Shown here in pieces: positions 24,595-29,844 of a DNA stretch of 29,844 nucleotides (the stretch's first letter is position 1; each line of letters opens with the position of its first letter). The position numbers and the translations under genes were made by a program. The DNA lies in IMG/VR virus record IMGVR_UViG_3300010148_000073, positions 1-29,844 of that record, one strand, 5' to 3'. This DNA is from a virus. Its lineage: Duplodnaviria; Caudoviricetes. The notes below the pieces were generated by a model that ran no database searches, was not told the DNA's origin, and saw nothing but the letters and a program-made list of their open reading frames with translations.

Positions 24595-26384
24595 TACAGA
24601 CCACTCCTCCGTATCATGCCTTTCACCACGCCTATCTCGTGGCTCTTGGGTCTTAGTAGGACTATGTCGCACGAGCCAGTCGGGATGCTACCACCAGACG
24701 GGGCTTGTAGTGTCACGCCTGTGAATGTTGTGCTGGTTTTGCCGGTATATGCGACATGGACGGCTGCAGTAGCAGTCTTCCTGACCATGAGATTCCCAGT
24801 AGAGGGGAACCCGTCAGTAGATGTGACAGTGATGGTGCCACCGTTATGGCTGCCGGTCTGTCTGGGCGCTAGTCCTGTCCCTAGTGCTGAACGGCCAGCA
24901 CTATTACCTGTGTCGTATCCACGATGGCCTATCAGGAAGCCAGAGTGCCTGTCTATCGTGGTGGTAGGGAAGGTGATGTCAGTCACGCTGCTATGCACCC
25001 TAGGTGTATTGACAGCGACTGTACGACGGAAGGCCGCCCCGTTGATTCGCAATGGCATCTGTCCCATGTTGAACTTGTTGCTCTTCACGATGCCATCATC
25101 GAAGCCTGCATCCTGCTCTTGGCTGGTCTCGCCTTCGTTGCTGGAGCCCATAAGCACCTTCTCTAGGCCGGTGTCATAGGACACCATCTGTATTTCTGAG
25201 GAATTGTCTGTCAGGTTGTGCTGTATTTCGATGATGGCTTGCCTGCTGCTACCGAGTTCTCGGTCTGCGAAGGTCACGACGTCGCCGGGCTGTAGATTGG
25301 TGGAGTTTCTGACTCCTCTCATTGATATCGACATGTTCGCTTTTCGGTTCAGTCTTAGCATCTGCCTAGCAGAGCGTTGGCTCGCTTGCAAGGACGTGGC
25401 TGTTGGGTCTATCACAGTCTCAGACTTGACCATGCCTGCTTGTTTCTGCTTCTCAGTGTCATCGAGCGTAATGCTGTTGTCATCATTCACAGCGACTTTG
25501 ACGCCTTGTAGTACTATGCGATTGGGGACATCGTCCACCTTGTTCCTAGAGATGTCCGTAGCCAACTGTGCATTGAGCACGTTATCAGTCTGCGCGAAGT
25601 TGTTAGGGGCGTAGATGAAGTTCCCGAACACGTCATGGTAGATGGCGTAGTTGTCGTTTCTGCCTAGCAACCTAGCAGCCTGTGGTATGGTTCTCCTGAA
25701 CATGTTCGTGGACACGAACGCTCTGCTGTGCTTGACGTTGGCATTGCCCTTGTAGGTAGTAGTGCCTGCGACGTTGGATGAGGAGAAGGGCCTGCCTAGT
25801 GAGATGGAATTGAGTGAGTGTTTCTTGTCTCTGAAGAGCCTCATGACTATGTCAGTCGTTCGCAGACCGACGTTCACGACCTGCCCTGCTCGCATCTCAT
25901 CTACATCGTCCATGCCTAACTGGGATAGCGTCTGACCCTTGAGGTTCCTGAGGTTGAAGCGGCTGCCCTCGGTTGCGGTGGTGACGCTGTGCGCTCTTAT
26001 CTTGGATGAGCCAGCGAACAGGAGCACTGGTGGTATGACCCCTGTCGTCATCTTTTTGTCGTTGAAGAACACAGTGGGTGTAGTGCTGACACCGTCTGCA
26101 GGATAGTGCCTCATAAGGAGGGAGTCCTCCTCTTCAGTGAAGGAGTAACGGCGACCATGGGTGACTTGGAAATCGGTGTTTAACGGCTTCTTCACGGTTA
26201 ATTTACGGCCAGAGACGTCATTTGCGTTTTCATATATGGCATGGTAAATGGCGTTGTCAACCAAGTTCGGCTCGCTCACTCGAGATGCTACTGTAGTCCT
26301 TACCGCGTCTTGCTTGCCACCATCCACAGTCACCGTGCTAGAGTTGGTAGTAGTTAGAGTTGGGAAGACAGCAACACCAGTCAT
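24594..26384 (-). CDS. Probable baseplate hub / distal tail protein
   Basis: PNRIVLQG...NLQPGDVVTF...IIEIQHNL pattern typical of hub (gp27/gpD-like) proteins. Lies upstream of the fibre genes. Confidence 0.6.
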   Translation of the reverse strand: MTGVAVFPTLTTTNSSTVTVDGGKQDAVRTTVASRVSEPNLVDNAIYHAIYENANDVSGRKLTVKKPLNTDFQVTHGRRYSFTEEEDSLLMRHYPADGVSTTPTVFFNDKKMTTGVIPPVLLFAGSSKIRAHSVTTATEGSRFNLRNLKGQTLSQLGMDDVDEMRAGQVVNVGLRTTDIVMRLFRDKKHSLNSISLGRPFSSSNVAGTTTYKGNANVKHSRAFVSTNMFRRTIPQAARLLGRNDNYAIYHDVFGNFIYAPNNFAQTDNVLNAQLATDISRNKVDDVPNRIVLQGVKVAVNDDNSITLDDTEKQKQAGMVKSETVIDPTATSLQASQRSARQMLRLNRKANMSISMRGVRNSTNLQPGDVVTFADRELGSSRQAIIEIQHNLTDNSSEIQMVSYDTGLEKVLMGSSNEGETSQEQDAGFDDGIVKSNKFNMGQMPLRINGAAFRRTVAVNTPRVHSSVTDITFPTTTIDRHSGFLIGHRGYDTGNSAGRSALGTGLAPRQTGSHNGGTITVTSTDGFPSTGNLMVRKTATAAVHVAYTGKTSTTFTGVTLQAPSGGSIPTGSCDIVLLRPKSHEIGVVKGMIRRSGL

Positions 26385-29300
26385 CAGCCGTTCACCTCGT
26401 TGTCATCCCTACTGCTCTCGTTCGAGTGGTCGCTCTTGTTCAAGTCAGGTCCGGGGAATATGGACTGGGTAAATCTAGGCTGTACGCTGAAGTCGTCACC
26501 TCTGATGGCGTCACCCCTCATGTGCTCCAAGGTGTTGTTACTGACTATGATTCTGGCTATTGTCTGTTTCAGGCTGTTGGTGAACGAGGAACTCTCGCTT
26601 CCGGGAATGCGTGGCCCAACGCTAGACGGCACGGTGTAACTGCTGGAAGTGAAGAAGTAGGACGGGGGGTAGGGTGCATTGGTAGTGGCCGGGTTAGTCG
26701 CTCTCAAGAACTTGGAACTGGTAGTCGCTCTGGCATTGGGCGTGTCATAGGTGAATACCCCGTACCTACCACCAGCAGTACCCGACAGTGCATCGCCCTT
26801 GTCCCTGAATATCTCCACGTGCCTGTGGTCTAGCACACGCACAGGTCGTAGCAGGAACTTGATGCTCTTGTCCTTCTCATTGGTCTGGTAGGACATGGAG
26901 TTGTGGTCTGCGCTTTGGTAGGGGTTGCTGCTCTTGGCCGAGCCTGAGGACGTGCCCCAACCTAGGTCGCTGACAGGCTCCATGTAATTCATGAGGTCCA
27001 TGACGAGCGTGCCTCCCAGAGGCCAGATGCCGTGTGTGTGATTGAGGCGCATGACCTGCTTGAAGTTGGAGAAGTTCAGGCTATCCAGCCTGTAGTCATC
27101 CAATGCCTTGGTGTCAGTCTTCACTCCTGCTGCCACGATGTACCTCTTACCTGCCCCTCTGTCGGTATGCAGGCTGTGTGCTTCAGTGGCCAGAGCAACG
27201 TAGTCATTGGAACTGGTGTCGTTTATCTCCCCTACTGTGTTCACGTCAAGGCCTATCCTAGGGGAGATTCGAGAGATGGGCTCTTGGATGGACTCTGAAG
27301 CCGGGGCCAAGTCACCCACTGCTCTCTCCACGTTCGCACCTGCCATCGCCTCAGGCTTCAGCAACCCGTCTGTCGCTGCTACGTCCAATCTCCTGCTAAT
27401 TCCCCTCTTGACTTCCGTGCTTTGAAGCGCATCGTTCCGTGGTCGTGTGTACCCAAGGCCTGTAGCAGGCTCTGATGTAGCGTGTGACATCACCAAGCCA
27501 CTGCTCTCCAATGGTATGTCTATGTCCTGTAACACATCCTCATTGAAGGCAGTGGGCCATCTCACCCCTCGACCGTCCCCCCTGTCCCCTATCCTCTTGG
27601 CAGTAGCAGGGTTGTATGGGTCTAGGTTGGCTCTAGAGAGTCCCATCCCATGTGGCGCAGCGAAGGTCTGGGCAGACACTGTCCTGTCTGTGGCACGGTA
27701 CGCAACCTCAGGGTCCCAAGCAGGTCGAACGCCGAAACTCCTGACAGGGAACCTCCTGACATCCTCGCCTGTGGTGTTCCCCCACCAATCAGTCATGTAG
27801 TGTGCGAGCGCAGGCGCGAGGCTCCTCTTAGGTGACATGGTAGCAGCACCGAAACCGGGGTCTAATGCATTCGCTAGATAATCACCTTGGTGGGCACGTA
27901 CCACTGGTACACTGGCAGTGTCATTGTCCACATTGAAGGAGATGTAGTTCCGAACAGCGCACCCGAACGGTCTGGTTATCCTTCTGCCATGGCTGTATCG
28001 GACCTGTTGCAGTTTGAGGTCAGAGCCTATCATAGCCGATGCATTCGTCAATCTCTCCATCATTCCTGTGTAACCCGCTGCTCTGGTGGCGGTGCTGCTG
28101 GCAGACGTGCTTGTGTAGATATTCGTAGTGAACTGGTCGCTTTGCACGTAGACTCCGAAGCGATACCCTGAGTGGTTGTTGACAGTGTACTTGTCATCCA
28201 AGGCTTGTGTAGCCCACAACGCCCATCTGGGCCTGTTCGGGGCTTGCCGGATGCAGAAGCGATACCCGAAGTTAGCAGGTCTCCTGTGATTGACGCTGTT
28301 GATTGAGTCTGTTATGGCTGTTCGAGTCACTACACCGAACTGGCCCGCACTACCACCCTCTTGGTACACCACGGGGCTGTCCCAGAACCTGCTCCAACCG
28401 GGACCAGCCGTGCCCCATAGGGAGAGGTCGCTGGCTTGCGCTCCGAAGCGAGAGCCGCCCGGCCAGAACGCACCGAAGTGGTGCTTCTTTTGATTGAGGC
28501 TGTTGTCTGTCCTCGCTTGTGGGCTGTTCAAGGCATCCGGGCTGACTAGGGCTAGAGCAGTGTCACTACCTACAGTGCTGGTGCCCTTTACGTACCCCCT
28601 GAAGTCGAATGGTCCGTCGCTGATGACGTAACTGAAGTTCTGGTATCGTATGGTTTCGTAATGCTCGGGTAAGTGGTTGTATGGCTTCTTGTCCACAGCA
28701 GCATCGCCTATGTTGCTACGGCTGTCTGAGTAGAACGTCACAGGTCTGCCTAGATTGTAGTGCCACATGGAGAGGTAGGCATCTGGCAGGTGCCCTGTCT
28801 GTGTGTCTTGGCTTCCGGGTGCTAGGTCCTCTATGATATGAGCGAAGACGCTTCGCGCCTTGTCTGTCAATATCTCTCCCGGTGCGTAGTTGGAGTGGTC
28901 TGCAGTCAAGCGTATCACGGCACCCGCAGCACATGCCGTGTAGAAAGCAGCGTCACAGGTGAGACCGTAGAACACATTGGTGGTCTGACTGGCTTGACCG
29001 CTGGACACACCACGATGAGTGTAAGATGCCCTGTGCTGCACACCGTCTGCACCAGTGACTACGAGTCTGTGACCCATGTACCTGTCCCCTACCTCAGGGA
29101 AGAGGGAGTTGTTGTCCACTACTATCTGGTTGTTGCTCGAGTCTGTGCTCAGGACCTTGCACTGCGCGACGTGTGACATGTACGAGTGGGTGTATGGGTG
29201 TATGAAGTGAGACGGATAGCCAGTCATGACCGATTGCGAGCCTATCGAACCATACCCTGAGCGGCTGTAGAGGTAGTAGTCCTCTGGTCTGGTCCAAGCC

Positions 29301-29842
29301 GTCAAATGACTGACGGTTGAAGGGTCAGCAAGGGAGTCACTGCTCTTCAGTGCTGGTGACCACCAAGGCACGGTGAGGGTGTATCCGGGTGTGGCCACTT
29401 GGAACATTCCCGGTCGGTACGGCAGGCTCTTCCTGCTCCAAGCAGGAGAGGTGTTCTCGTTGATACCGAGGGGGTTGTAGAGAGCGAGTGGTGGGAGATT
29501 GGTGAACTGCTGGTTCGGAGAGGGGTCGATGTCGAGCATGACTTCGTTCAAGAACACCTCGCAGCCTCTGACGTCTGCCTTGATGGCGTGGGAGAGGACA
29601 AAGTCATACCCGGTACCGTTCCATTGCAACGCGATGACAGTGACTACCTGAGCGTCAGTCAGGATGGGGTACTTGGTGCCACTGTCAGAACCAAAGTCGA
29701 AGTTGTCGCTGAAGCCCATGACCTGTTGCGAGTACAGATTGGGTTGTATGACAATCTGATAAGCGCCAGTCTCCATGGGGTCTGGGAAGTTCCAATGAGT
29801 GCTGTAGTTAGTGCCCACCTCCAGTTTGAGACGGTGGTCACC
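26384..29842 (-). CDS. Large virion structural protein, C-terminal part (5' end outside window)
   Basis: More than 1144 codons open, continuing to the window edge (GDHRLKLEVGTN...). S/T/G/P-rich; TGATG overlap with the next gene. Confidence 0.7.
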   Translation of the reverse strand, partial: GDHRLKLEVGTNYSTHWNFPDPMETGAYQIVIQPNLYSQQVMGFSDNFDFGSDSGTKYPILTDAQVVTVIALQWNGTGYDFVLSHAIKADVRGCEVFLNEVMLDIDPSPNQQFTNLPPLALYNPLGINENTSPAWSRKSLPYRPGMFQVATPGYTLTVPWWSPALKSSDSLADPSTVSHLTAWTRPEDYYLYSRSGYGSIGSQSVMTGYPSHFIHPYTHSYMSHVAQCKVLSTDSSNNQIVVDNNSLFPEVGDRYMGHRLVVTGADGVQHRASYTHRGVSSGQASQTTNVFYGLTCDAAFYTACAAGAVIRLTADHSNYAPGEILTDKARSVFAHIIEDLAPGSQDTQTGHLPDAYLSMWHYNLGRPVTFYSDSRSNIGDAAVDKKPYNHLPEHYETIRYQNFSYVISDGPFDFRGYVKGTSTVGSDTALALVSPDALNSPQARTDNSLNQKKHHFGAFWPGGSRFGAQASDLSLWGTAGPGWSRFWDSPVVYQEGGSAGQFGVVTRTAITDSINSVNHRRPANFGYRFCIRQAPNRPRWALWATQALDDKYTVNNHSGYRFGVYVQSDQFTTNIYTSTSASSTATRAAGYTGMMERLTNASAMIGSDLKLQQVRYSHGRRITRPFGCAVRNYISFNVDNDTASVPVVRAHQGDYLANALDPGFGAATMSPKRSLAPALAHYMTDWWGNTTGEDVRRFPVRSFGVRPAWDPEVAYRATDRTVSAQTFAAPHGMGLSRANLDPYNPATAKRIGDRGDGRGVRWPTAFNEDVLQDIDIPLESSGLVMSHATSEPATGLGYTRPRNDALQSTEVKRGISRRLDVAATDGLLKPEAMAGANVERAVGDLAPASESIQEPISRISPRIGLDVNTVGEINDTSSNDYVALATEAHSLHTDRGAGKRYIVAAGVKTDTKALDDYRLDSLNFSNFKQVMRLNHTHGIWPLGGTLVMDLMNYMEPVSDLGWGTSSGSAKSSNPYQSADHNSMSYQTNEKDKSIKFLLRPVRVLDHRHVEIFRDKGDALSGTAGGRYGVFTYDTPNARATTSSKFLRATNPATTNAPYPPSYFFTSSSYTVPSSVGPRIPGSESSSFTNSLKQTIARIIVSNNTLEHMRGDAIRGDDFSVQPRFTQSIFPGPDLNKSDHSNESSRDDNEVNG

Positions 29843-29844
29843 AG

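Noticed and set aside
16603-29176. Plus-strand ORFs opposite the virion genes (e.g. 20884-21375, 24553-25179)
   Set aside because: Antisense shadows with Ser/Val/Pro-rich composition expected from the coding strand.

Overview
The window looks like part of an archaeal head-tail dsDNA virus genome. It best fits the magroviruses that infect Marine Group II Poseidoniales; the host is inferred from gene content, not proven. Two convergent gene blocks meet at about 13.7-13.9 kb. The + strand (1-13695) is a tightly overlapping archaeal-type replication block: RFC small subunit, probable SSB, RecA/Sak4-like ATPase, probable PCNA, PolB, Nmad1/DUF1599 protein, Cas4-like nuclease, fused PriS-PriL primase, ERCC4 nuclease, minimal MCM-like helicase, DEDDy exonuclease and a group II chaperonin. 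The - strand (13884-29844) is the distal virion block: a 5'-truncated giant protein, a hub-like protein, a protamine-like peptide, a 2861-aa mosaic tail fibre, its chaperone and several microproteins. Reading by hand found ORFs missing from the track. The best is a 39-aa peptide directly after polB with two tandem PCNA-binding (PIP-box-like) motifs; another is a 54-aa TFS-like zinc ribbon with NE where TFS has catalytic DE. Also notable are a DNA-level repeat at tail-fibre module junctions, apparent avoidance of GATC, AGCT and CCWGG, and a structured segment at the convergence point. All family calls are from motif recognition only; no searches were run.
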